A stretch of 64,000 nt of DNA, taken from the IMG/VR virus record IMGVR_UViG_3300007734_000761, positions 32,001 through 96,000 of that record; one strand, written 5' to 3'. The position numbers and the translations under genes were made by a program. Under the pieces are notes generated by a model. The model saw only the letters and a program-made list of their open reading frames with translations. It did no database searches and was not told the origin of the DNA. Shown in pieces: positions 18,461 to 27,880 of the stretch; within the stretch, counting starts at the first letter, position 1; the number at the start of each line of letters is the position of its first letter. Source of the stretch: a virus.

Positions 18461-19139
18461 CGTTTCTGATTAAGCTTTCAATTACTTTAGTTGTAGCTGT
18501 CTCTAAAGACTTACGAGTTGCTTTACCTACTGTACTCTGTGAAAACTTCATATCAAGACTTTTCAAAAACGATTCTCCTACTTTAGTTGATTCACCTTCG
18601 CCTGATCCAATGTAAACTTGACCGGTCATGGCATCAACGAACCTAACTTGGAGACGTATGAAAGTAGTGACAACAACTTTGCTTTTGCCTTTTTCAACGG
18701 TCTCATCTTCATCAACAGCAAAATCGGCCACAGTAACATAAACAAAGTAACGAGCAGCTTTAATCTTGCCCTTTCCATCAATGGGCTCTTCAAATACTCC
18801 TTTTTTAGAGGCTTTAAATTGGGTAACCATCCGTTCTTTAATTTCGGATTTTTCTTCGGTAAATATAAATCTTCCTGTTTCATCTAAATAATCTAGTACT
18901 GATTCGGCAAAACCTAAACCAACATTTTTTTCTTGAAGGTCTGGGTATAAAGCAAGAACCTTAGTCATGTCAACATTGATTACTTGCACAGCATATTTTA
19001 AACTGTCTGTGTAATTAGACACTGTTGAAATGTCTTTAGTTTCAATAACATCCTGCTCGGTAGTAGTCTTCATAGAACCACAACCAGCTAATGTCATAAC
19101 CACTAAGGTCATAAACTTATTGAACCATTTTTTTACCAT
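18444..19139 (-). CDS. CsgG/HfaB-family lipoprotein
   Basis: LAGC lipobox; LDETGRFIFTEE, AARYFVYVTVADF, LQVRFVDAMTGQV pattern. Confidence 0.75.
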   Translation of the reverse strand: MVKKWFNKFMTLVVMTLAGCGSMKTTTEQDVIETKDISTVSNYTDSLKYAVQVINVDMTKVLALYPDLQEKNVGLGFAESVLDYLDETGRFIFTEEKSEIKERMVTQFKASKKGVFEEPIDGKGKIKAARYFVYVTVADFAVDEDETVEKGKSKVVVTTFIRLQVRFVDAMTGQVYIGSGEGESTKVGESFLKSLDMKFSQSTVGKATRKSLETATTKVIESLIRNGVFKN

Positions 19140-19456
19140 GGATCTTCTTCTTTAGGTTCAGGTTTAGCAGCAGGAGCAGGAGTAGCAGCAGCTGGTTTTT
19201 CAATTACACGTTCTTTAATAACCGTGTTGGTACCACCGCTTGACTGTTTCTGTTGGTTAGTGTTGTTGTTTTGTAAGTTAATCACAACAGGTGCACCAGG
19301 TGCTGTCTGTTCTGTTTTAGCTTCTTCTTTAGGCTCTTCTCCACCGCCTAAGTGGGTTGCAAACCAGGCTCCGCCGGCTGTAACTGCTGTAGTGATAGCA
19401 CCAATAATTGCTTTCTTGGTAGCTGACATTACGCTTTCTTCTTTTTCTTCTGACAT
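19133..19456 (-). CDS. Membrane-anchored low-complexity protein
   Basis: One N-terminal TM segment; N/Q-rich then P/A-rich tail. Confidence 0.55.
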   Translation of the reverse strand: MSEEKEESVMSATKKAIIGAITTAVTAGGAWFATHLGGGEEPKEEAKTEQTAPGAPVVINLQNNNTNQQKQSSGGTNTVIKERVIEKPAAATPAPAAKPEPKEEDPW

Positions 19457-19458
19457 GT

Positions 19459-19803
19459 TTATTCGTTATTTAAAGTGTTTGATATTGCTATTCCATCTTC
19501 TTCATCAACTTTTTGAACTAACATTTTATCTCGGTCTTCTGAATTAAACCAGTAATCAATTACTTTGTTTAAGTTACCTACGAAAGCACCTAATAAAATA
19601 AGTAACATTTCTTTCCAAGATTCAATAATTTCAATCTTAGCAAAAATAGCTACGTTAATTCCCAAAACAATAAAAAAGAATAATCCTAATACAATTGCTG
19701 TAATCTTCCAACGATTAACTTGCATTTGTTGTAACATGTAATAGAAACGATTTTTATCGTCTACTTTTACATAATCTGATTTGAATAAATTTCCTAATTT
19801 CAT
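19459..19803 (-). CDS. Two-TM membrane protein
   Basis: Two hydrophobic helices, then IDYWFNS. Confidence 0.6.
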   Translation of the reverse strand: MKLGNLFKSDYVKVDDKNRFYYMLQQMQVNRWKITAIVLGLFFFIVLGINVAIFAKIEIIESWKEMLLILLGAFVGNLNKVIDYWFNSEDRDKMLVQKVDEEDGIAISNTLNNE

Positions 19804-21689
19804 TTATTTATAATTATTTTAGAAGTTGAAATTTTAGTATCTGTTTTTACTGATAAAAAGTAAAAACCATCTTCAAGTTTAGTTAAATTAACAACATACT
19901 TATATTCACCAACAGGCATTTTAGTGTTGATAACTTCCATAACTTTTCTGCCTACTAAGTCACTAACTGCAACTTCTGTTTGAGATTCTTGATCTACTCT
20001 GAATTGAAGAGTAATTTCACCACTATTTGGATTAGGGAATACAATAAGATCTTCTAATTCGGTTAATTTAACAGGCTTATTAATTCTTCTTACTTCAATT
20101 ACTCCCATTGCTGGAGTAATGTTCATGTCTCTTGCATCATTACCTCCAACAAACTTAGGTCCGGTCCAAATAGCAGCACTTGACCATTCTTCTTGTGGTT
20201 TTTTGGCGATAAATTGCATTACTAAAATTTGTTCACCGTCGTTGATTAACTGATTTCCTTTTAAGTCAGCTGCACCGAAAGCAACCACTCCGTCAGAAGG
20301 GTTAGTATATGAAGTCCAGTTCATCATTTTTTCAGTCAAATCGATTTTCTTGAACTCAAGTAATGCTGTGTCGTATTTTAACTCTAATTGAACTGCCCCT
20401 AATTGTTTTCCGTTAGTAAGCATTTTAACAGGAACGTTAACTAAGTTACCTTCGTCAACTTTAACTTTAGGCATATTAACCTCAATAGTCTCAGTTACAT
20501 TATCGTATTGAACTGTGTTGTCGATGATGTAGTTTTTAGCATTAACGGGGTTAATAATCTTAATAGGAGTCAAACGAGCCATTTTAAAGCCTGTATTATT
20601 TGCATCACCCTTAACTGCTACATAGTAAGTAATAGAATCTTTACCATCAATTGAGTAATTAAAGTTATTAATAGTAGCGTAAGTACCTGTTAAGTTAGTA
20701 GCTGATCCGTTGATTGCATTGTATTCGGCAACTGTGAAGAACATTACATCCTTCTTGCCATTAGGCCAAGCCGTGAATCTACCTGCCAATCTTCCATATA
20801 CTGAATAAACGTCTGCAATACTAATTGAACCATCAGTGTTGTTTACATCCATTGTATAATAATCAAAGCCTGAAGGAGTGTATTGTGCTAAGATAGACTG
20901 GTTAATCTTTTGAGCGTCTGCAGTTGAAATAACAGATCCAGGAGTCATTGTATCTCCTTTAACCACCATTCTAACATCCCAGTAAGTAGTATCTAAGAAT
21001 TTTCTAAATACAACATGACCTAATGAGTTAGTTGCTTTAGCTTCTACTTGAGTCCAAGATCCACCTGGTGCTTTCTTTTCTAAAGACACCCACAAGTTTT
21101 TAGCATCTGAACCAGTAACGTTCTTAAACTTAGCAGCAAAGCGTAATACTTTTTGATTGAAACGACCACCGTAAGAATAAACTACTAAAGTAGTATCGTT
21201 ACCAAAGTTAGTAGCTGCTTTGTTTGCGAATGATTTAACACCTGCAACTTTCAAAGTCTTAATAGAATCTAAATTGTTCCATACCGAGCTTCCGGCATGA
21301 GTAAAAGTCAAATCAAAAGTAGCACCGTTTGAATAATTAAATGTTGAACTAGTTCCTGTGTAAACTAGAGTAACAGTTAAGAATCCTTGAGCATTACTAT
21401 CCACATATTGAAGATATTGGTCAGTAGCAGAAATCTTTAATGAAGGAACAACTGCTGTAAATGCAGTGTTGTCATAAAATACTCTGTACTGCATACCAGT
21501 GATCTTTTCAGATGTAGAAGTATTGTAGAAGTGTAAAGGGGCAACAGTTTGCCCGGCAGTAGTAGTTGCTACTTGATAACCAGAATCAATTACCACCCAG
21601 TGCCCTGTTCCAGGTGATGTTGCTGACGATTGTGCTGATGCTTCGAAAATGGCTAAAGCCGTTAATAAGAATGCGATTATTTTTTTCAT
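19800..21689 (-). CDS. Cohesin + dockerin-like protein with T9SS type A sorting domain
   Basis: Signal peptide; ITGMQYRVFYD; STADAQKI...DVNNTDGSISIADV; VNVPVKM...LGAVQLELKYDTALLEF; VFPNPNSG...DLVGRKV...DGFYFL...KIII. Confidence 0.85.
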   Translation of the reverse strand: MKKIIAFLLTALAIFEASAQSSATSPGTGHWVVIDSGYQVATTTAGQTVAPLHFYNTSTSEKITGMQYRVFYDNTAFTAVVPSLKISATDQYLQYVDSNAQGFLTVTLVYTGTSSTFNYSNGATFDLTFTHAGSSVWNNLDSIKTLKVAGVKSFANKAATNFGNDTTLVVYSYGGRFNQKVLRFAAKFKNVTGSDAKNLWVSLEKKAPGGSWTQVEAKATNSLGHVVFRKFLDTTYWDVRMVVKGDTMTPGSVISTADAQKINQSILAQYTPSGFDYYTMDVNNTDGSISIADVYSVYGRLAGRFTAWPNGKKDVMFFTVAEYNAINGSATNLTGTYATINNFNYSIDGKDSITYYVAVKGDANNTGFKMARLTPIKIINPVNAKNYIIDNTVQYDNVTETIEVNMPKVKVDEGNLVNVPVKMLTNGKQLGAVQLELKYDTALLEFKKIDLTEKMMNWTSYTNPSDGVVAFGAADLKGNQLINDGEQILVMQFIAKKPQEEWSSAAIWTGPKFVGGNDARDMNITPAMGVIEVRRINKPVKLTELEDLIVFPNPNSGEITLQFRVDQESQTEVAVSDLVGRKVMEVINTKMPVGEYKYVVNLTKLEDGFYFLSVKTDTKISTSKIIINK

Positions 21690-22147
21690 TTCTGTATGTT
21701 AATTAGTTGAGTTATTGCATGTTCTTTCAACCAAGGTTCAGGATTAGATAACTTGTTAATAAAATCAAGCTCATACCTGTAACACCATGCTTCCTCTTGT
21801 TCAGGAATTATAATGTACCCTTTTTGCAAAACATGTAAATGTAAACTCTCATGAACTAACACTACAGCGAGGTTGTTAATTGAATTTAACTGTACATCTT
21901 TAACAGAAATTAAGATTGTTCCTTTCTCTCCATACTTTCCTTCGTTAGAAGAAAATCCAGAAATCCAGAAATCTACTTTTTCACAAACACTGTCGATTAA
22001 TTGATATTTTTCAATATCAGTTTTTTTAATCAACAATAATGCAGAGTCTACTTGTCTGTTCCATCCATCTCCTACTTTACTCACTTCAATTTGAGCGTAA
22101 GTAAAACAAGTTAGTGAAAAACTAACAAGTAAGACTAGCATTTTCAT
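21686..22147 (-). CDS. Secreted HExxH putative metallopeptidase
   Basis: Signal peptide; LVHESLH...EEAWCY. Confidence 0.6.
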   Translation of the reverse strand: MKMLVLLVSFSLTCFTYAQIEVSKVGDGWNRQVDSALLLIKKTDIEKYQLIDSVCEKVDFWISGFSSNEGKYGEKGTILISVKDVQLNSINNLAVVLVHESLHLHVLQKGYIIIPEQEEAWCYRYELDFINKLSNPEPWLKEHAITQLINIQK

Positions 22148-22165
22148 CAAGAATAAATATGTAAT

Positions 22166-22321
22166 TTAATCTTTATTTTTGAGATTCTTGTAAATAACTA
22201 CAAGATTAGCTATAATAGCAACACAAATAGAAATTATTGTAAGGGTTGTTACTGGGTTCATCATAGCTAAACCAGTCGCTCCTAAAGTAAAAGTATTACT
22301 TACTAAGGTGTCTTTATCCAT
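22166..22321 (-). CDS. 51-aa membrane protein (missing from the ORF track)
   Basis: MDKDTLVSNTFTLGATGLAMMNPVTTLTIISICVAIIANLVVIYKNLKNKD; ATATTTAT at 22326-22333. Confidence 0.6.
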   Translation of the reverse strand: MDKDTLVSNTFTLGATGLAMMNPVTTLTIISICVAIIANLVVIYKNLKNKD

Positions 22322-22344
22322 GAGGATAAATATGAGATTCTATA

Positions 22345-23946
22345 TTAGAACCCCATATTCATCTCAGGACTTTCTTCTCTTTTTTCGTCAAATACTACCG
22401 ACTCACTAGTCAAAATAGTACTTGCTACAGAAAGAGCATTTTCAAGAGCTACTCTTGTTACTTTCACTGGATCTAACAATCCACTTTCATATGCGTCTAC
22501 AATAACTCCTGTTTTAGCATTATACGTGTTGTTAGGTGATTCAATTAACTTTTCAATCATACTATCAGTTAAATTTAATCCAGCATTAGACAAGATTTTC
22601 TTAAAAGGAGAACTGATACTTGACTTAACAATATCTTCTCCTAAAGTAACTCCTTCTAATTCAGCAGCAATGTTATACAAAGGCCATCCACCACCTGGAA
22701 TTACTCCTTCTGCAATAGCTGCTTTAGTAGCATACAAAGCATCTTCTACTCTGTCTCTTTTTTCTTTAATTTCAAGATCACTATTACCTCCTACACTAAT
22801 AATAGCAACACCACCACTCAAACGACCTAAACGTTCTTGTAACTTTTCACGTTCAAACATTGATTGGGCGGCATCGATTTGGACTTTCAATTCTTCAGCG
22901 CGAGATTCTAAGTCTTCTGCATTACCTTTACCGTCTACAATGGTTGTAGTGTCTTTAGTTACTGTAATCATACGACAACTTCCTAATGCTTGGTTCAACG
23001 CTTCACCACTAATTTTTTCTAGTTTATGACCTTTTTTAGGACTCAAAACAACACCACCAGTCAAAATAGCCATGTCTTCAAGAAGCAAAGTTCTGCGATC
23101 ACCATAATCAGGAGCTTTAACAGCACATACTTTAATTGTGCCTCTTGCTTTGTTTAACAACATCACAGCTAAAGCTTCTTCACCAAACTCTTCAGCAATA
23201 ATAACTGCAGGTCTATTTTCACCACTAGCTTTTTGTAATACAGGAACTAAATCGGCAGCAGCGGCAATAACACCATCATACAACAAAATCATAGGACTTT
23301 CCAAAACAGCTTTCATTGTATTGTTGTCTGTAACAAAGTAAGGTGACTTATAGCCTCTGTCAAACTGCATACCTTCTACAATGTCCAATACAGTTTCGCC
23401 TGTTTTACTAGACTCAATAGTTACAATTCCTTCATAACCTACTTCTTTAATAGCTTCACTAATTAAATAACCAATTTCTTCATCGTTGTTACCTGAAATT
23501 GTAGCAACATACTTAATTTGGTCGTCACTTGTAACTGGTTGGGCTAAATCTTTAAGTTTTTCAATTACATTTGAAACTGTAGATTCCATTTGTTTTTTTA
23601 CTTCTACTACATTTACTCCTTTATTGATTAAATTAATTCCTTCTTCAATCATGGTAGTAGCAAGAAGTGTACTAGTAGTTGTACCATCTCCAGCTTCGTT
23701 AGCTGATTTAATACTAACTTGTTTTACAAGTTGTGCTCCGATGTTTTCAATATCATCGTCTAATTTATGAAAGCTTTTTGCAACAGTTACACCGTCTTTA
23801 GTTGCTGTAATAGTACCGTCTTCTTTTTGAATCAATACGTTTCTACCACCAGGTCCTAAAGTTGAACTAACACTGTTGTTAAGTTTTTTAATTCCGTCAA
23901 GTAATTTACCTTTTAATTCGTCTCCAAATAATGTTTTTGTGCTCAT
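22345..23946 (-). CDS. groEL: Chaperonin GroEL
   Basis: TLGPGGRN, TKDGVTVAK, AGDGTTT, EGMQFDRGY. Confidence 0.97.
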   Translation of the reverse strand: MSTKTLFGDELKGKLLDGIKKLNNSVSSTLGPGGRNVLIQKEDGTITATKDGVTVAKSFHKLDDDIENIGAQLVKQVSIKSANEAGDGTTTSTLLATTMIEEGINLINKGVNVVEVKKQMESTVSNVIEKLKDLAQPVTSDDQIKYVATISGNNDEEIGYLISEAIKEVGYEGIVTIESSKTGETVLDIVEGMQFDRGYKSPYFVTDNNTMKAVLESPMILLYDGVIAAAADLVPVLQKASGENRPAVIIAEEFGEEALAVMLLNKARGTIKVCAVKAPDYGDRRTLLLEDMAILTGGVVLSPKKGHKLEKISGEALNQALGSCRMITVTKDTTTIVDGKGNAEDLESRAEELKVQIDAAQSMFEREKLQERLGRLSGGVAIISVGGNSDLEIKEKRDRVEDALYATKAAIAEGVIPGGGWPLYNIAAELEGVTLGEDIVKSSISSPFKKILSNAGLNLTDSMIEKLIESPNNTYNAKTGVIVDAYESGLLDPVKVTRVALENALSVASTILTSESVVFDEKREESPEMNMGF

Positions 23947-23947
23947 G

Positions 23948-24250
23948 TTATTTTACAATTCCTATAATATCTGTTTCTTTACATACAATAAAATCTTCAC
24001 CATCTACTGAAATAGTTTGTGAACCCATGCGAGGTACAATACATAAATCACCTATACTTACTTCTGATGATTTATAAGCTCCTTGATGGTAATTAAAGGT
24101 TTCACTTACATCTATTACTTCAGCAATAAGACTTTTTTCTTTACCTAAATCAGGTAAGAAAATATTTCCTACCATTTGTTCACTTTCTTCCACCTGTTTC
24201 AAAACAATATGTCCATTGACAGGTTTAATTATTCTTAATTCTGTAATCAT
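23948..24250 (-). CDS. groES: Co-chaperonin GroES
   Basis: IKPVNGHIVL...GNIFLPD...ETDIIGIV; adjacent to groEL. Confidence 0.88.
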   Translation of the reverse strand: MITELRIIKPVNGHIVLKQVEESEQMVGNIFLPDLGKEKSLIAEVIDVSETFNYHQGAYKSSEVSIGDLCIVPRMGSQTISVDGEDFIVCKETDIIGIVK

Positions 24251-24534
24251 ATCTTAAATTTTTCATTAATTTTTTCCATAATTTCATTATAACGTTTTAA
24301 AAAGTCTGAAATTGTAGTTGTTTTTTGTTCATTTACAAGCATTTTAGCAACACTTTTTAAAGCACCATCTAACTGAGTATGGTAAGTCAAATTTTCATCT
24401 TGACCTTTTTCTTTAGGTTTCACTACTGTGTAGCTAAAACCATCAAAATAAATTACATAAGGATTAATAGCCTCATCTTCTATTTTTGTTTGAGATTCTT
24501 CTCTAGACTGTTTTCGGAATTTATTTTCATTCAT
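24247..24534 (-). CDS. Hypothetical protein
   Basis: ORF downstream of the promoter at 24541-24569. Confidence 0.55.
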   Translation of the reverse strand: MNENKFRKQSREESQTKIEDEAINPYVIYFDGFSYTVVKPKEKGQDENLTYHTQLDGALKSVAKMLVNEQKTTTISDFLKRYNEIMEKINEKFKI

Positions 24535-24551
24535 AACTATAGTATAATAAA

Positions 24552-24767
24552 TTAATTTGAAAAATCCAATTTATGTTGGATATCTGGAACTATTACTGCT
24601 TCCTGTACTTCATTCACAAACCAATAATTACCTTGAGCTTTAAAAACATGGTCGGTACCTAGTTTATATTTAAACCACTTTGGGTCTATTTGAGTGTACT
24701 CAGGAATGGTTCTAACTACGGAATAAAGTTTATTGTTATTTTTAACTAGTTTGGGGAGGGTTATCAT
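24552..24767 (-). CDS. Hypothetical protein
   Basis: ORF in gene-dense run. Confidence 0.45.
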   Translation of the reverse strand: MITLPKLVKNNNKLYSVVRTIPEYTQIDPKWFKYKLGTDHVFKAQGNYWFVNEVQEAVIVPDIQHKLDFSN

Positions 24768-25095
24768 AACTTTTTGGTGTTTGCGGAACTGGATTGTATG
24801 TTGGTTTTTCTACTTTTATAAATGGAGATTCTTGTACTTTAAATTTACGAACTCCTTTTATATTTTCAATATCTTTTATAACTTGGTTATGTACATCTGG
24901 TGTAAATTTACCTCCTAAAGGATTTGGATTTACTTTTGCTACTATAGCTATTTTATCTTTATCTAAAGAACGAGTATTTAATGTAACTATACCTTCGATT
25001 GCACGAATATCATCATAAATTTCTCCATGAGTTTTTTCTGTGTTACTTGTACTTGTAAATAAAAGTCCTTTAATACTAGATAGTTGCCTAGCCAT
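24742..25095 (-). CDS. Hypothetical protein
   Basis: Internal repeat DIRAIEGI / DIENIKGV; ATATTTAT at 25101-25108. Confidence 0.5.
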   Translation of the reverse strand: MARQLSSIKGLLFTSTSNTEKTHGEIYDDIRAIEGIVTLNTRSLDKDKIAIVAKVNPNPLGGKFTPDVHNQVIKDIENIKGVRKFKVQESPFIKVEKPTYNPVPQTPKSYDNPPQTS

Positions 25096-25109
25096 ATATG
25101 ATAAATATA

Positions 25110-25841
25110 TTACTCACTTAGTTTTACTAAAAAATAAGTACCTACTGTTTCATCTTCTGTAAAGATTATTTTTAATAGGCCTTGTTCATTAATTTTTGCT
25201 TTCCCTGTTGCTAATTTATTTACACTAAGTATTTCTCTAAATACGTTAGCACTAAATGGCATTTTATCAACACCAAAAGTAAAATCTGCATTTTGTCTAA
25301 GTTTAATTTTATTAGCATAACTAGCACTATCTCCTACACATAATTCAATGTATTTTTCTTCATTTTCAACTTTACATTCTATTGTAAAGTAATTAGGTTT
25401 ATCTAAAGCATTGTGGGCTTTAATAAAGTTTTTAATAAAATCCTCATCAATGTCAAATTCTACATCATATTGTTCAGGCTCATTAATATTTGGGGCAGTT
25501 GGAATTAAATCTTCACTAGACAAATAATATGTAAGATCAAAATCGTTGTCTTTTATGCTTAATTGATATGGAATATTTTGACTACCCGTTACAACATCTG
25601 CGGTCATAAAAGTATCCATAACACTAAGAATTTTATTAAACTGTGAAGTTGAGTAAATACAAATGTCGTGTTTACCAAAACCAAGATTTTGTGTGGTTTT
25701 AATAGTTCCTGCACAATCTTTAGTTTGAGTAACAAATTTTACTGAACATCCATCCTTTTCTGTGCTGTTCCATTTAACTGATTCTACTAAACCATTAAGA
25801 TGATACTTGTCTATAAATTGAGTAAGGTATTTCTTCTCCAT
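25110..25841 (-). CDS. Putative sliding clamp (gp45-like)
   Basis: 243 aa, acidic, two-domain beta-rich pattern ending YFLV; PolB and clamp loader present in the window. Confidence 0.6.
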   Translation of the reverse strand: MEKKYLTQFIDKYHLNGLVESVKWNSTEKDGCSVKFVTQTKDCAGTIKTTQNLGFGKHDICIYSTSQFNKILSVMDTFMTADVVTGSQNIPYQLSIKDNDFDLTYYLSSEDLIPTAPNINEPEQYDVEFDIDEDFIKNFIKAHNALDKPNYFTIECKVENEEKYIELCVGDSASYANKIKLRQNADFTFGVDKMPFSANVFREILSVNKLATGKAKINEQGLLKIIFTEDETVGTYFLVKLSE

Positions 25842-25878
25842 ACTAATATTATAATAAAACCTTTATTAAAAAACAATT

Positions 25879-27303
25879 TTAAGAAATAACTTTACCAGCA
25901 GTTCCAGGAGGTACTCTGTCAATTTTTGTTCCTCTGATGTCTAGTGTTCCTCCTACTTTTAAACCAGGAGGTAAAGTTAAATCAGGGTTATTAGAAATGT
26001 TGAAGTCACCTGTTATAGTTAAATTGCTAGGAAGTGTTTTAACACCTGTTGATGAAATGTTAGCATTACCTTGAATAGTAGGTCTAGCGGTTTCAGGAAT
26101 ATTAATGTTTCCTAAAATTCTAATCATTAGCCAGTTTTTGTAAGCTTCTCCAGGTAAAGTTTCTTTACTAAGAAGACTATTACCTTCATTGTCTTTTTTA
26201 TTTGCTAAAAATTTCATTAAAGAAATGTAAGGGAATTTTAACGCTTGTTTAGCTCCAGCTTCTGTACCATCACTAGTTTTCAATAAACCTGTGTTAGAAT
26301 CGTAATAAACTAAATTGTTACTTTGATCAGCTCCTGTTTTGGCATCTATGTAATATGCAGGTCCCACTTTATAAATAGGGAAACCATCAACTACGTCTTC
26401 TTTAAATTTACTTAAGTCTAAGTCAAAAGCCATTGATTTGGAAGGTATTCTACCTTCTTTATCTAATAAGAATTGTAAAAATTCTTTTTGAACAGGACTA
26501 TTATAAGATCTAATTTCTGAATCAGATTCATCTTTTAACTGACCTGACTCATAGTGTAATTGATATTGTCTTCTTGTATTCCAGTTTTTAAATAAGTAGT
26601 AAGGACCATTAGATAAGTAACTATTGAACATACCTGTGTTTCTAGTACACCAAGTTACTCTATATCCTGATTTAGGTGCTTCTTCTTTTTCTTTACTAGG
26701 AGTAAATCGTTGTTCTTGGTCTCCACATCCTGTTATTTCTAAGTATTTTCTATAACAAGCCTCGTCTCCTTTACATTTTTGTGGAACTTTATAAACTGTA
26801 AAACCTGAAGGTGTTTGTCCTAAAATAGTAATAGGAGCAATAAAAGCTCCTCTAAGTTTTTCAGGTCCAGCTTGAACTTCTTCAGCACCACCTTCAATTT
26901 TTGCTTTGGCAACACCTATAATGTTTTCAAAGTCTCTTAAAGTCTTATAAAGGTTAATGTCTGGTTGAAAACCATCTACATTTAATTTTTTAATTCTTTG
27001 TTTGTTTTTATCAAAGAATGGCAACAATAATTTTACTTCTTCATTGTGACCATCATCAAAGAATCTTTTTCTTTCAGTACGATCTAACTTTACATAGCGA
27101 GGTATTAACCAGTTTAAGTAAGTTCCGTTAGGTGTTTCATCAATGTCTACTAATGCTTTAAACTCTTTTTCACTGATTTTATTTGGATCCATAGAACCCA
27201 TTCCCTTAGGAGCGTCTTTGTCCACTTGTTGAACAAACTTAGTTTTTAACGCTGCTTCTTTTTCAGCCGATAACGCTTCTGCAAGTAAGTCTAGTAATCG
27301 CAT
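25879..27303 (-). CDS. Large hypothetical protein with C-terminal LRR-like repeats
   Basis: MRLLDLLAEA leader; TWCT...YQLHYESGQ region; LPSNLTITGDFNI / LPPGLKVGGTLDI repeats. Confidence 0.6.
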   Translation of the reverse strand: MRLLDLLAEALSAEKEAALKTKFVQQVDKDAPKGMGSMDPNKISEKEFKALVDIDETPNGTYLNWLIPRYVKLDRTERKRFFDDGHNEEVKLLLPFFDKNKQRIKKLNVDGFQPDINLYKTLRDFENIIGVAKAKIEGGAEEVQAGPEKLRGAFIAPITILGQTPSGFTVYKVPQKCKGDEACYRKYLEITGCGDQEQRFTPSKEKEEAPKSGYRVTWCTRNTGMFNSYLSNGPYYLFKNWNTRRQYQLHYESGQLKDESDSEIRSYNSPVQKEFLQFLLDKEGRIPSKSMAFDLDLSKFKEDVVDGFPIYKVGPAYYIDAKTGADQSNNLVYYDSNTGLLKTSDGTEAGAKQALKFPYISLMKFLANKKDNEGNSLLSKETLPGEAYKNWLMIRILGNINIPETARPTIQGNANISSTGVKTLPSNLTITGDFNISNNPDLTLPPGLKVGGTLDIRGTKIDRVPPGTAGKVIS

Positions 27304-27397
27304 ATAGTATAAATATGTTTTTAAGAATTTAAATCATTTATTAAAGTTTGCATTTCTTTATCCGCAGGTCCACCATAACTAAAAGTGTATGTTCCTT

Positions 27398-27856
27398 TTA
27401 AAAATTCACTATAATAATATTGTTAATACCTGGAAGTTGATTTTCTAACTCTTCTTTATCAAATTTTTTAGAATTTAAAACTAAATTTCCATTAACTATT
27501 AAATCATCAGGAAAAGATGTGAGATTTTTACAATTAAGAAGATCTAAATCTCCTCTCACTATTAGTCCTTTTGGAAGAGAATTAATTTTAGTGTTAGATA
27601 AACTCAAATAACCATCAATTTCTAAATAATCAGGAAGAATAGTTACATTACTTCTAGATAGATCTAAATACCCATCAATGTATTCTACATTTGCTAGTAA
27701 TTCATTAACATTTGGTGCTTTAGTCAATTTATACCCAGAACTAAATTCTGAATTTCCTTTTTTATAAGGTTTTAATTGAGAATTTTCTTCATTTAAACGA
27801 GATTGGAAAGTGATTTTATTCTCTACTAAGAATTTTTTTAGGTCAAAATTGTCCAT
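27398..27856 (-). CDS. LRR-like repeat protein
   Basis: Tandem LP..L.(I/V).G.L.L repeats of about 21 aa; MDNFDLKKFLVENK leader. Confidence 0.65.
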   Translation of the reverse strand: MDNFDLKKFLVENKITFQSRLNEENSQLKPYKKGNSEFSSGYKLTKAPNVNELLANVEYIDGYLDLSRSNVTILPDYLEIDGYLSLSNTKINSLPKGLIVRGDLDLLNCKNLTSFPDDLIVNGNLVLNSKKFDKEELENQLPGINNIIIVNF

Positions 27857-27880
27857 ATCTTTTTATTTGTTATAAATATG

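Noticed and set aside
18444-19139. Curli (csg) operon
   Set aside because: No CsgA/CsgB-type repeat subunit, CsgE or CsgF recognisable, so no gene symbol was assigned.
22526-23770. Plus-strand ORFs opposite groEL, and similar antisense or nested ORFs throughout the track
   Set aside because: They are shadows of well-supported minus-strand genes, with no motifs or promoter signal.
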